64,000 bases of DNA. Source: Felis catus. Lineage: Eukaryota. A program made the position numbers and the translations under genes. Shown here piece by piece: positions 25,795 to 38,562 of the stretch (within the stretch, counting starts at the first letter, position 1; the number at the start of each line of letters is the position of its first letter). A model generated the notes under the pieces. It made no database searches. It was not told where the DNA came from and was given only the letters and a program-made list of their open reading frames with translations. The stretch spans positions 102,240,001-102,304,000 of the forward strand of contig NC_058368.1 in NCBI RefSeq assembly GCF_018350175.1. The letters run 5' to 3'.

Positions 25795-25985
25795 CACAAA
25801 CATTAGTGAGCACTTACTCTTAACCCATTTAATTCTCCACACAAACCTAGAAGTCAATCTTTTTTACTCCCATTGTACCCAAGAGGAAGCTGACACAGAG
25901 AGGTTGAGTAATCTGCCCAAGGTCACAGAGCAATTTTATGTCAGAAGGTAAACTCAGCTCCTGAGCTTCCATTCTTAACTTTAGC
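25795..25985 (-). mobile_element. MIR
   Basis: 'gaggaagctgacacagagaggttgagtaatctgcccaaggtcacagag'. Confidence 0.8.
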
Positions 25986-26214
25986 ATGTTTGTTTGTAAA
26001 ATCGGGCAATTAGAGCAAATTATGTCCAGGCCCTTTTAGTGTGTTACAGCCTATGACTCTCTGGATTTAAGTTTAAAAAAAAAAAAAAAAAAAAAAATTA
26101 GGTATACATAAAGGATCTAGTTTTCAGAGGCTTATACACCTGTAATACTTAACACAAAAACTGGATTTACCGCATATATATTGCTCAACATTCCTTTTAC
26201 AAAAAGTTAAACAA

Positions 26215-27900
26215 GGCCAAGAAAATGATACTAAAATCTGTATGAAACCAAAGACGCCACATAGCCACAACAATCTTGAGCAAGACCAACAAAGCTGGGG
26301 GATATCACAGTCCCAGATTTCAAGATATATTACAAAGCTGTAGTAATTAAAACAACACGGTACCGGCACAAAAACAGACACAGAGATCAATAAAACAGAA
26401 TACAGCCCAGAAATAAACTCACATGGTCAAATCATCTATGACAAAGGAGGCAAAAATATACAACGGGAAGACAGTCTCGTCAACAAATTGTGCTGGAAAA
26501 ACTGGACAGCAACATGCAAAGGAGTGACACTGAACCAATTTTTTTGTATACCATACACAAAAGTCAACTCCAAATGGATTAAAGACCTCAACGTGCACCT
26601 GAAATCATAAAAATCCTCGAAGAGAGCACAGGCGGAAATTTCTCTGGCATCTGCCATGGCAACATTTTTCTGGATAGATCTTCTGAGGCAAGGGAAAGTA
26701 AAGCCAAAATGAAGTATTGGGACTACATCAAAAGAGAAGCTTCTGCACCACCAAAGAAGCAATCAACAAAACAAAAAGACAGCCTACTGAACGGGAGGAG
26801 ATATTTGCAAATGATCTGGTAAGGGGTTAATATCCAAAATAAGTAAAGAACTTATATAACTCAACACCAAAAAAACAAAGAGACTAATGTTAAAAAGGGC
26901 AGAGAACCTGAACATTTTCCCAAAGAAGATAGACAGAAGGCCAACAGACTCATGAAAAGATACTCATTATCCCTCATCATGAGGGAAATACAAAAAGAAA
27001 CCACCACGAGAGATCACCTTACACGTGTAAGAATGGCAAGAATGAAAAAGACAAGAAATAGTAAGTATTGGTAACAATGTGGGGAGAAAGGAACTCTCAT
27101 GCATTGGTGATTACCATGCACATTGGTCTAGCCACTGTGACAGTTTGGAATTTGCTCCAAAAGTTAAAACTATAGGGGTGCCTGCGTGGCTCAATGGCTC
27201 CCTTCAGCTCAGATCATGATGTCATGGTTCGGGAGTTCGAGCCCCAAGTCCGGCTTTGGGCTGACAGCGGGAGCCTGCTTGGGATTCTCTGTTTCCCTCT
27301 CTTTCTGCCTCTCCCCTGCTCGCGTGCACCCTTTCTGTCTCACAAATAAACTAACATTAAAGTTAAAAATATCATTACTGTATGGATCAGTAATTCTACT
27401 ACTGGGTATTTACCCCCAAAACACAAAAACACTCGTTTGAAAACACATACGCCCTCCCTGGTTTATCGCAGCATTATTTGCATAAGTCAAGATATGGAAG
27501 CAACTCAAATGCTCATCCACGGATGAATCGACATAGTCATAAAAAAGGCTATGATCTTGTCATTTGCAACACAATGGATGAATCTAGAGGGTATAATGTT
27601 AAGTGGAATAATTCAAACAGAGAAAGACAAATACCCTATCATTTCATTCATACATGGAATTTAAGAAACAAAAGAAAAAAGACACACACAAAAATAGACT
27701 GTCAGGTACAGAGAACAAATGGGTGGTTTCCAGAAAAGAGAGAGGTGGAAAGGGGAAATAAAGGAGTACAGTTACCGTGATGAGCGGGAAGAAATGTACA
27801 GAATTGTTGAATTGCTACACTGTACGCCTGAAACTAACACTGTAAGTAATTATACTTCAATTAAAAAAAGTCTTTAAAAAATTTCTTAAAAATAAATACA
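26215..27900 (+). mobile_element. 5'-truncated LINE-1 (disrupted ORF2 C-terminus + 3'UTR), interrupted by a SINE
   Basis: 'aaagctgggggatatcacagtcccagatttcaagatatattacaaagctgtagtaattaaaaca' (ORF2 KAGGIT.PDFK.YYKA region) through an A-rich tail. Confidence 0.92.
27175..27362 (+). mobile_element. Can-SINE in L1
   Basis: 'ggggtgcctgcgtggctcaa'; flanked by 'aaaagttaaaa'. Confidence 0.88.
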
Positions 27901-29175
27901 GCAAAAAAGGCAAGAAGGTTAGCTATTGAAAAGTGTCATTTTTGTTAGTCTGTAATGGCAGTTCCCTAGAGTCAAGCGGACAAAGACAGGGACATTCTTG
28001 TGCTATGGAGGCTTAAAACAAAGACACACACCTTCCAGAACATTAAAAACTTCAGGTTGATGTAAGCCTGTAGCTCAGGCAAGACTACAACTTTTCCAAA
28101 CAAAAGGTAACTGATTGTAATATCTTGGTTTCCATTTGGCCCCCTTCCTTCAAATGGAAGGGAGAGAAAGGAATAGGTCCCCCGACACCTGCACAGAATA
28201 GGCCAAGTGGGGATCCTTCAGGCCCAGGTTCCTCCTGGGGCCCTTTTCTCTCCGTAAGGCCCAGGGCCTCATCACGGGTGCCAGCTCCAACACCCTCTGC
28301 ATGCACTCCTCACTACTCTTGCGATGCTGTCCTTTCCTCTTACGGGGAAAAACATGACCTGAAATGCACCAAGCATCACCACCAGGCAATGTTCCTGCCA
28401 GAAACACAAGCCTAAGCTAAGAGGGCTATCATCCAGCACGTCAGTGACCTAGAGATGCACAGAGTAGCACGGGATACTAGAAAAGGGGCTCCTAAGCCTC
28501 TCTGGGGAAGTAAGGATCCAGAACAGGCTCCAAGGACAAGGTGATTTCCAAACCTAAAAGGGTTAGAGGAGTCGATTCTCACTGAGGTGCTTCCGAGTGA
28601 TCCTGACAGGAGATGTGGCTCACCGGCGGAGTGGAGACCGAACACAGGGATCATTTGCCTTTGTCCCGTGGGACACAGGGAGTTACTGAGGGATTTTGTG
28701 GGAAACGGCCAACGTCAAATTTGTGTTTACAGAGGCCGCCTGGCTGATACACGGACCTGACAGTTCCCAGACCAGAAGCTAGCTAAGAGACACTGACTTA
28801 AGAGGGCACAGAATGTATACATATTTAGAATATAACATAAGGAGTATGTGTGATGTGGAAGGTGCAAATGGCAAAAACAAACAAACAAACCAACCAACCC
28901 AAGGATGCCCCTGGAGTTATATCTTGGGTGACAACATCATCAGATACGTATGTAGACCTCCAGCCTTCTGGAGTGTCCCTAATGCCCCCGTTCATGACTC
29001 CTTACCTTGGCAGAGGCTCCCATGTGCTAAGGTCTGACCCTACAGCATCTAGATGTCTATGTAGGTCTACATTCACGTTTCAGTAGTCTGTATTTTTTAT
29101 TCCTTTAATAAAGCAATAAAGTAATCCAACCCAAATGGATTACTTTGTAATTTTAAAAAATACACGTACGTGGAC

Positions 29176-29366
29176 GGGCACCTGCGTGGCTCGGTCGGTT
29201 TAGCGTCTGACTTCGGTTCCAGTCATCATCTCATGGTTCATGAGTTCGAGCCCCACGTCAGGCTTTGTGCCGGCAGCTCAGAGCCTGGAGCCTGCTTCCA
29301 TTTCTGCGTCTCCCTCTCTCTCTGCCCCTCCCCTGCTCACACTCTGTCTCTCAAAAATAAAAATTA
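29176..29366 (+). mobile_element. Can-SINE (host of the next element)
   Basis: 'gggcacctgcgtggctcggtcgg', full body. Confidence 0.9.
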
Positions 29367-29584
29367 GGGGCGCCTGGGTGGCGCAGTCGGTTAAGCGTCC
29401 GACTTCAGCCAGGTCACGATCTCACGGTTCGTGAGTTCGAGCCCCGCGTCAGGCTCTGGGCTGATGGCTCGGAGCCTGGAGCCTGTTTCCGATTCTGTGT
29501 CTCCCTCTCTCTCTGCCCCTCCCCCGTTCATGCTCTGTCTCTCTCTGTCCCAAAAATAAATAAACGTTGAAAAAAAAAATTTTT
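29367..29584 (+). mobile_element. Young SINEC_Fc-like SINE nested in the tail of the previous SINE
   Basis: Near-consensus; TSD aataaaaatta. Confidence 0.95.
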
Positions 29585-30674
29585 AATAAAAATTAAAAAA
29601 AAAAAAGTTTTTAGTAATAAATTTAAAAAATAGACAGTTTTGAAAATATATTTACGAAAGCTGAGGAGAATCCCAGTCTTCGCAGCTACTGCCACAGCCA
29701 TCTACAGATGACGTAAACTAAATTTTGATGCAATTTTTCTTAGCACTCAGGATATCTTGAATAGAAAAGTCACTTTGGAGACATTTGAGTTATCCAACAA
29801 GTATTTCTGGACCATTCTGGAGAAGGAGGCAAACTGTCAGCACCGGAACCAGGCATTTGTCATGTGGCCATTGGGAGATACGTGGCTTACAATACAACAC
29901 ACTGTATTTGGTAACTAGGATGATGTGCATTGATTCCTACCAGTTATCTCTTTGGAAACATCCTCCTAAGAAAGATCAGAAAAATCACAGGGCCGAGCTG
30001 TCAAAAGGGTGGGGTGGGGGGGTGCTGGGAGAAAGGACAGCAGGATGCAAGGGGAGAGGTGGGTTTTTTTTTAACGCTGTTAAAATTAATAGCACTATTT
30101 TCACACTTGTAAGGTACACAGAGCGATTATAGCACAAGCAAGGCTTCTGCCTCTCCCCAGAGACCCTGGCTTTGACAGCAACTGGTCAAATGCAAAGGTA
30201 TAAACAATCCCCGTTTCCTCTTGTAGAAGAATAAGTAAACAGCCTTTTCCAGAATGACAGTGGCCTGATGAATGAATGGAGGGAGGTCTGCTCTGTTTGT
30301 GAGAAATCTCAGGTACAGAGAGGAGCATGCCCGTGCAGAGATGGGCTCCCAGCAGTCCCGAATATGGCTTGGGCCCCAGACAACAGTTTTCCGGGTGCCT
30401 CTCACGTGGACCCTGATGATGCTGGTTCAGGGCAGTGCCTGGTGACAGCGGAGACAAGGGGGTGGACTTTTTCCATTATCTCTTTAATCCCCAGCATCTG
30501 TACTATTCCAGTGTTCAAGTCACTGCAAGGAGAATTTGGGGTCCTGTTTAAATTAGGGCTTGGGAATCTTTTTTTTTTTTTTTTTAAAAAGACAAGACTG
30601 AGGTTCTTATCATGGAAACGTTACTTTTAACCCAACACAGTTCCCAGCCAGGGGTTAAAAGGAGATTATGTCTG

Positions 30675-30895
30675 GGGGCGCCTGGGTGGCGCAGTCGGTT
30701 AAGCGTCCGACTTCAGCCAGGTCACGATCTCACGGTTCGTGAGTTCGAGCCCCGCGTCAGGCTCTGGGCTGATGGCTCGGAGCCTGGAGCCTGTTTCCGA
30801 TTCTGTATCTCCCTCTCTCTCTGCCCCTCCCCCGTTCATGCTCTGTCTCTCTCTGTCCCAAAGATAAATAAACGTTAAAAAAAAAAAAAATTTAA
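30675..30895 (+). mobile_element. Young SINEC_Fc-like SINE with a perfect 18-bp TSD
   Basis: aaaaggagattatgtctg at 30657-30674 and 30896-30913. Confidence 0.97.
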
Positions 30896-33499
30896 AAAAG
30901 GAGATTATGTCTGATTCCTGAGTCCAGAAATCCAAGCCCATTTATGTTTACGTTTAAAATATGGGTGCAAAACACCCAGAAAATCAATGTTTTTCAATCT
31001 AAGGTGGAGGGAAAAATGGAATTTGTTTGAGGAGGGTAGCAGTAACACCCACCCCCAAAAGCCAGGGACCAGAGCATTACAGCAGAAGTCATCCAATAAC
31101 TACCTTGCAATGCAAATACAGTGACCTGAAAGCCAGCAACTGTTTGGTGACTCTCCTGCCATGGCTACTCTGTAATTACTTATCCTTATAGAGTATACAG
31201 TCTTAAAGTAATTGAGAAAAATATGCAGAGAAGTCAAGGTAATACAGTGACATTGTGTCAGATCAATGGAGCAAGGAGTCAGTGTCCTAAATGAATTAAA
31301 ATTAACTAAATTCAAAATCAAATTGGAATTCAGAGGAACGTTCATTTTCCCCACCTTCGTAGTGCCTTCCTATAAGCAGGTGTAGTTTTCATTCAGGTGG
31401 TTGATGTAGGACCAAAAAACTGTTAATTTCAGCCGCCTAAGGAGAATAAACCGATCTTTTTTGCCCTCCTTCCTAAACAAGATCATCTTTTTGAATGGCG
31501 TTTTCCACATGGGTTGGCTCCTGGGATGGGAAAAGAATTGGAAAATCCTTCAATTTCTGGTCAAAAGTATGCAATAAAAACCAAAAAAGCAGGAAGAGAC
31601 TACCTTTTGCACCTGGGTTAGTAAGAGAAACCGATGTGACTGTTCCGTGTGCCCAGGTGGCTGAGAGACTTCCCTCTGTCAGGGGCCTCGAAGACTTCCT
31701 GTGGCCCCAGCAATCAGATGGAATGAAGGTTGGGGACCCTGGTAAACACAATGTAGCCAAGGGTCTTTGACTATTGACTGTGCATCCCAAGGAAGGTAAA
31801 TGTGACTGATGCTCTCCCATGGGTGTAACCGGCCACCATCAGGCAGCCCAGCTGTGGAAGGCCTGACCAGCCAGAGCGAGGGTGACCTCCCAAGATGCCA
31901 TCTGAGCCACATACAGAGAAGAGTCTGTCTATCATGTGAACACAGAGGGCATTGAGCCCAAAGCCTCACAGAGATTAAAAATAGCAGAGATTTTTATCTT
32001 CCATGAATATTTAATTCTCCTGAAAGCTCACCATCTGCATATCACAATGGCTCAACGCATGTGTGTGATTTTCTCTGTTGTCTTTCAAAAGAAAACAGAC
32101 CATTTTGCTCTTCCTGTGATGCCTTGAAAGTTGCTTGAATGTGCATTGATCCCTTTGATCTCATGAGTGTGTGTATTTTAAAACAAAGTCAGCATGGCTG
32201 CTCTAATCTATTGGAGGTGTGGGGGGGGGGGTGGGGAGTTGCAGAACAATGGGGGGAAACCGAGTCGGTTTCCATTGTTTTCCCGGTGGCCTGTATCACT
32301 ATTCACCGACACCGTGAATGCTGTTTAATTTTTGCTGGTGTCTTTTTATCTTAAGCGTCATGTGAATTTAAAAAGCCTTCCATTGATATACAACCTACTG
32401 TGTATTACAATATCCCACCCGCCCTGTTGCACTGGAGAAGCCTACAGCTGCTGAAAGCTTAATTATGCATGCATGCATGCAAAGCCCAGATGTAGGACCG
32501 AGGGTGCCTCAATTGGCTTCAGTTCTCACTTGTTTCCGCGTCCGCTGTGATTGGGCAGATCTCGATTTCTCAACCCATTTTGCAGCTTGACCATACACCT
32601 CTCTGCTTCAGTTTCCACCTCCATTTCACTCAGCTTCTTCAAGAAGGGGACCCTTGCCCATCTGAAGGGCCTTGGAGACCTGAGAAGGGTCACGCTTGGC
32701 TTTAACACATCTTTTTACGTACGTGGCAATTTTTAGAGACACAAAAATGACCTTATTCCCGATCAGATTTCCTTCAGGTGGTTGGAAGCTTGGGAAAAAA
32801 AAAAAAAAAAGAAAGAAAGAAGAGTTAACCAGAACTGGGTGGAAACAAAGAAGGCTTAGAGCCAGGCTGCACAATGGAATCTTAGGCATAAAGCTCACAC
32901 CTGCTGAAAGAAGGAAGGTAAGGGAGACTAGCAAAAGGAGGTCTGTGAAGCAAGCACCATCTATTCAGAGCCTTTTGTGAAGGGTTTTTCAGCCTACCTA
33001 AGTAATCTCCACCTTGAAGAACAAAGCCTCATCTCAGAGCATGGAACTGGATACCGCACTGCACTAAAAGCAACCAAATTCGCGTTACCCCAAGTCCCTC
33101 TTCAATAAGAGATGGGCAGATAGAGTAACCCCCTCCTCGAGAATGGCCGCTGCTGGTTATACCCACGTGTGACGAACGGGGAGAAACACCAAGATTGTTT
33201 TTTAAATGGAACCTAAAACTAAATAATCAGATTCATCTCATTGGAGGCCATGAGCTAGTTTGTGCTCCTAAAGCTTTAAAAAAAAAAAAAAAAGTTCTAG
33301 AAATATACGGAAACTTCATGACTAAGCAAGAATCCATGATGGGATCATTATCCGTGACAACTTTAAGTAATAAAAATCTTTGGGTGAGCATCGGGCATTC
33401 CATTAGATGATTTCCATTTGAAGCGTAGTTCTTAACAACTACTGTTTGCATCAGAGATGCTCTACTCAGCAGGCCCCTTCTCCATTACTTGAGGTAGAT

Positions 33500-33625
33500 T
33501 CTATTACTATTCCCATTCCACAGATGAGGACAGTGAGACCTAGGGAAGGAAACTTTCCCTAGACCAATGGCTTCCATGCGGCAGAGCTCGGATTTGAAGG
33601 CAGTTGTCTCAGTCCAAAACTCATA
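33500..33625 (-). mobile_element. MIR
   Basis: 'cccattccacagatgaggacagtgagacctaggg...gcagagctcggatttgaa'. Confidence 0.75.
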
Positions 33626-33844
33626 CACCTCAACAGCTACTGTATTTTGCCAACTTAAGAACATCAACTCAAATATTTGCCCCAGCGTGTCCCTCAGATA
33701 TAACACTAATGACCTACATCGCCTGTATACAAAGCACCCAACACTGTTATAAACTTATCACCATTACCTGGCGAGGGAGGTGTATTTTTTTTTTCTTTTT
33801 GTGGCCCATTTTCCAGATGAGGATGCCACACTTAGCCACTCAGC

Positions 33845-34036
33845 TAAGGAGTTCTCAAAACCCTACAAGCTCCAGAATCACCTGGGAGGCTTGTGCAATT
33901 GCTGGGAATTGCTGACCGCTACCCACGATGTTTCCGACTCAGAAGGTCTGGGTCGGGACCGAAGAATTTGCCTTTCTAACATGGGAGGCCGAGGGTGGTG
34001 GTCTGGGCATGATATGCTGAGAACCACGAAACTAGG
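33845..34036. mobile_element. MER5A-like hAT MITE
   Basis: 'gttctcaaa...agaatcacctgggaggcttg...gaatttgcctttctaaca...ctgagaaccac'. Confidence 0.75.
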
Positions 34037-34119
34037 CTGTACTACTTACTTATAAGTAAGAGGTAGAACCTATCACCCCAGATCCTTCCCGTGTATGTTA
34101 CATTTTCCAACCCCCTGCA

Positions 34120-34270
34120 GGCAGAGGTTATCCCCATTTCACAGCGGAGTAAAACTTGCTTTTGAAAAATCAGTTAACTTGCACAGGATCACACCAACGG
34201 TCGGCAGCACAGCCAGGTTCAAATTGAGAGCGGAGCCTCAGTGCTCAAGCCTTTCTCCCCACAATGTGCC
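34120..34270 (-). mobile_element. MIR
   Basis: 'tatccccatttcacag...ttaacttgcacaggatcacac'. Confidence 0.65.
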
Positions 34271-34602
34271 TTATGCTCAATGCCAATGACCATTAACAAT
34301 TACGATTCCCTGGAACAGGCCCAACGGTGCCAGTGTCTTAATACGGAGCTTAGAAAAGAAAATTACTTGGTTCACGTTGGCAGTATTAAGAAAAACATTT
34401 AAGTCAAAATGTTAGAAACATTGTTTACTAGTGAAAGCTGACAGGGAGAAAAGATGGGTGGGGACTCAAATTTACGACTGTATAGACTTGTCACTTTCAC
34501 TTTCTAAATTGGATAGATCTCACCATTAGAATGAATTAAAAGATCACACGCTTGCTCACCTCTTAGGATCAAGTTAGCAGCAGCATCTAAATTATTAGTA
34601 TC

Positions 34603-34810
34603 GGGGCGCCTGGGTGGCGCAGTCGGTTAAGCGTCCGACTTCAGCCAGGTCACGATCTCGTGGTCCGTGAGTTCGAGCCCAGCGTCAGGCTCTGGACTGA
34701 CAGCTCAGAGCCTGGAGCCTGCTTCGGGTTCTGTGTCTCCCTCTCTCTCTGCCCCTCCCCCACTCACACTCTCTCTCTCCCTCTAAAACAAACATTAAAA
34801 AAATTAAAAA
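34603..34810 (+). mobile_element. Felid SINE with young-type 5' half and older-type 3' half
   Basis: 5' 'gcgcagtcgg...cagccaggtcacg'; 3' 'gacagctcag...gcttcgg...cactcacactc'. Confidence 0.92.
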
Positions 34811-36379
34811 TAATCAGTATTAATGCACCCGAAGATGAGCGTGTGGCCACACCCCAAAGAGCGCTAAAAAGTCCACGTGCAAGTCCAATGCTTTGTGTTT
34901 TATGCTTGAAAAAGAGAAGAAAAACAAACTGCCCAGGAGAGATTTTTATCTACCGTGTCACTAACATCTCCCCCCCCCCACCAACTGTAAATTAAACTCA
35001 TCAGCGTCACTTTTTATTTGCCTCCAGTGTGTCAGCATAACATGAATGCTAAGTCATGATTCACTCATATTTGAAGCAAAACTGCATTTTTGAAAAGGCC
35101 ATTTTATGCGACTTTGCAGAAAAGAATGACCAGATGAACATTCGGTTCATGGAAAGGGTTTGATTTTGGCTTCAAACCAACCGGCAAAGGAATTCCTACT
35201 CAGTCTCCCCCTCCTTGAAGAGGTTATCGAACCTCTCTCTGAAGGTCAGCATCTCTCTGGAAAAGATCATGGCAATGCTCATGCCTACCACTGTGTACAT
35301 TCTTTTATAGCATTTTTATATATTCAATAAATATATATGGATGGATGGGTGTGGGATATTGGATACAGGATACGGATACAGAGTTGTAACCCTGATTTTC
35401 TTCCTGCATCATGTTTTACACTTTTTCCCTTAATACTTCTTCCATATACATTTCTCTCCCTCATTATTTGCCTGGTCAATAACCATCTAATATAGGATTA
35501 TGTTATTAGAAAATCACATACTTTTCATTTCCCCCTACTGGGCAGATTTGGGTTTTCCCTATAGGAAAACTGAAGAATGTCCTTTGTTTTTATAGAGTAC
35601 GTGTTTCTCATGTCTTTGGATCCCTTCCCTGTCTGGAAAGTAGCGGCAGTCATAGACCACATCCAAGAGAAGCATGGGAAGGAGAAATAAATTCTCAAAT
35701 CCAAGTGAGGCATACTTTGGAATATCAGAGCTTCCGTACAAGCTATGACATGGAGGACGAGGTCCTGTTTTGTGAACTCACGGGTGATTATTCTCTATCT
35801 ACCTTGCCATTCTTCTCCAAGGAGGGTTTCTCGAAACCGGCCCCAGGCTCGGTTCACATCGGATGCTGTTCTCTTTGAGGGCAGATGCTACTCCAAATCA
35901 GGAAGTCACTCAGAATTAACCCGGTCAGACACCAGCCTGACTCAAAGAGACACTGCTTGAAAAGATACAGCCACTACACTATCCATTCTACTGTCCCTTG
36001 ACCCTCATGTATCCTAGGCTGTTGGACACTATCAATAGAAGGTGTGGAACAGAACCTAAAAAAAAAAAAAAATGTCAAGCGCTGGGCTCCACAGTGGTTG
36101 GTAAGCTCTTGGTTGGATGCCCTTGAAGTGAGGATGATCTACTTTTGTCAAAACCAAATTCATTGCTCCTGGAATGAGTATCTCCTAGCAGATGTCCAAG
36201 ACTGACAAAGATGCCCCGGTAAGAGATCCACTTTAAGAGAAGAGGATGCCTAACACCCTCACGACGAGGTAAGCCCAACATGAAAAGGCATCCACTGTTT
36301 GCTCATTGTGGGGATAATGGGTCATAAGCTGTTGCTTATTGAGAAGTCAATGCAAATCAAATCTATACAAACTCGTAAT

Positions 36380-36510
36380 GCACTCATTTAACAATTACTT
36401 GTTGGGGGCTTACTAGAGGCTTACACTGTTCTGGGGGATATAAAATGGGAATATAGCCATGAATGAAATACCAAGATATATACCTTCATGAAGCTTCTAT
36501 TCTGCTGAGG
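36380..36510 (-). mobile_element. L2 3' end fragment
   Basis: 'cactcatttaacaattacttgttggggg...cactgttctggggga...ccttcatgaagctt'. Confidence 0.6.
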
Positions 36511-38142
36511 TTTTAGGGAGGTTTGGAGGAACCAAGGAAAAACACTTTCAGTTCTTGAGAAGAAAATCTCCAATGTTTTCAACTCTAAGTAACTGACATT
36601 TTTCTTCATGTCCGACCTCATCAGCCACACAAACGATGGCCTCCCCAAGTCTCACCTGATGCCAATCACCCAGCCCTTTCCAAGGACCAGAAGCTTCCTA
36701 CTTCCCAGAGCAGCCCATTGCTTTTTTGTAGATGCCAAAGCCATTAGAAATTCCGTTTTAAAAACTGATCAAAACTGTCCTTCGCCCTGGATTTCCCTCT
36801 GTACCTACGTAGTACCGTCCAATGATGAAAGGTGGAGATGTCCTCCCCGAGTTCCCGGTGAGTGGTAAGCCCCACCCGGAGAGCCCGGCTTCATTCCCGG
36901 GGCAGGAAAAGAGAGAAGCCTACCTTTCTACAGTTCGGGGGGCAGCACCGGGGCCCCCAGGCGGCTACATCCTACAGGCGGTACTCGTTCATTTTAAGTT
37001 TGATTCCTAAGAATCCTAATCCTGCCAACAAAAGCACTTTTTGTCTTGTGCCAATTTCAGAGACTTTAAACCACGATGAAGAGCGGTAGGGTAGGTACCC
37101 TCCTCGTGTAGGTAGTTGCCACAGTGTCTTTTTACGGCATCTAAGAGAATCATTTTTTATTGTGTAATGTACTTCGTGGCAGTTTTGAAATGTGACCATT
37201 CAACGCTTCTATTTTAGGAGGGTGTATGGTAACCATAAAGAAACACACACACCCCCGTGCACACACATCATACAGACAGGGTCGATCAAGATTGAATCTC
37301 CCCCCTAGGATGAAAGGGAGAGATTTGTGTGGAAACAGGCAGGTCCCTGCCCCTAACGACTCCACAGTTGGAAGACTAAGCTTTATCTTTGCTTCAAAAG
37401 GCTGCAGTTCATTACTCTATCCATGTCAGAGACCAATAAAAAAGCACCAGGGAGAGTGATTTTGTGCTCCTCAAACACAAACAAATTTGTTTTCCACTCA
37501 GGATGAACACAAAGCTCCGTATCCACTAAATTAAGCACATTAACTATGACCCTTTCTCGGGCCACGTTTTACGAATACGAGACAGACAAGCAATTACAGA
37601 CACACAACCGACGTATAATATACATATAATCATTATTAGCCACCACACAGGAAGGTTAATTGTTGCCTCTCTGAACACTTCATCTGCGAGCGGTTGATAA
37701 ATCCCACCCTGAATAGAAGTGGCTCGTATTTAGGTCACACAAAGTCATTGCCGTTTTTTAATTTAAACTGCGCACTAGATTAAAACACTAGAGTATTTCA
37801 GGGGGACACTTCTGAAGGAACAGCAATAGGCTGTCACTTGGCATAAAAAGTTTCCACAGCGCACCCCAGGGACATGTTAATCAAAGCTTTTTAATGGATT
37901 CAGTCTGATCTGTGACAGGCTTTGTTCCAGAGATGGCATTTGCTGGATCGAGCTCTGAGTTATCAATAAGACATAGTAATTGCGGGGAGTGATTGAGCCA
38001 CATTTCTGGGCCCTCATGCCATCCCGCCCTTGTTTATTATCAGTTGAGGCATAAGCATCTCCCAGCAGAAACAGGACTAGTTTGTTCCTGTCATCTCCCA
38101 ACATAGAAGGAAATTAAGCAACATCCATTTATTTAAAAACAA

Positions 38143-38335
38143 GGGGCACCTGGGTGGCTCAGGAGGCTGAGCGTCCGACTTCGGTTCAGGTCATGATCTC
38201 GCGGTTCTTGAGTTCGAGCCCCGCGTCGGGCTCTGTGCTGACAGCTGGCTCAGAGCCCGCTTCGGATTCTGTGTCTGCCCCTCCCCTGCTCGCACCCTGT
38301 CTCTCTCCCCCTCTCAAAAATAAGTAAACATTTTG
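38143..38335 (+). mobile_element. Can-SINE (host of the next element)
   Basis: Full body, CpG-rich. Confidence 0.92.
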
Positions 38336-38562
38336 GGGGCGCCTGGGTGGCTCAGTCGGTTGAGCATCCGACTTCGGCTCAGGTCATGATCTCACGGTCC
38401 GTGGGTTCGAGCCCCGTGTCGGGCTCTGTGCCGACAGCTCAGAGCCTAGAGCCTGTTTCAGATTCTGTGTCTCCCTCTCTCTCTCTGACCCTCCCCCGTT
38501 CATGCTCTGTCTCTCTCTGTCTCAGAAAAAAAAAATAAATAAATGTTAAAAAAAAATTAAAA
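38336..38562 (+). mobile_element. Felid SINE nested in the tail of the previous SINE
   Basis: TSD aaaaataagtaaacatttt on both sides. Confidence 0.95.

Noticed and set aside
32526..32680. Exon-like minus-strand segment (…FLKKLSEMEVETEAERCMVKLQ…)
   Set aside because: Weak donor, unrecognised peptide and partial resemblance to the MIR core (gaaactgaagcagagagg)
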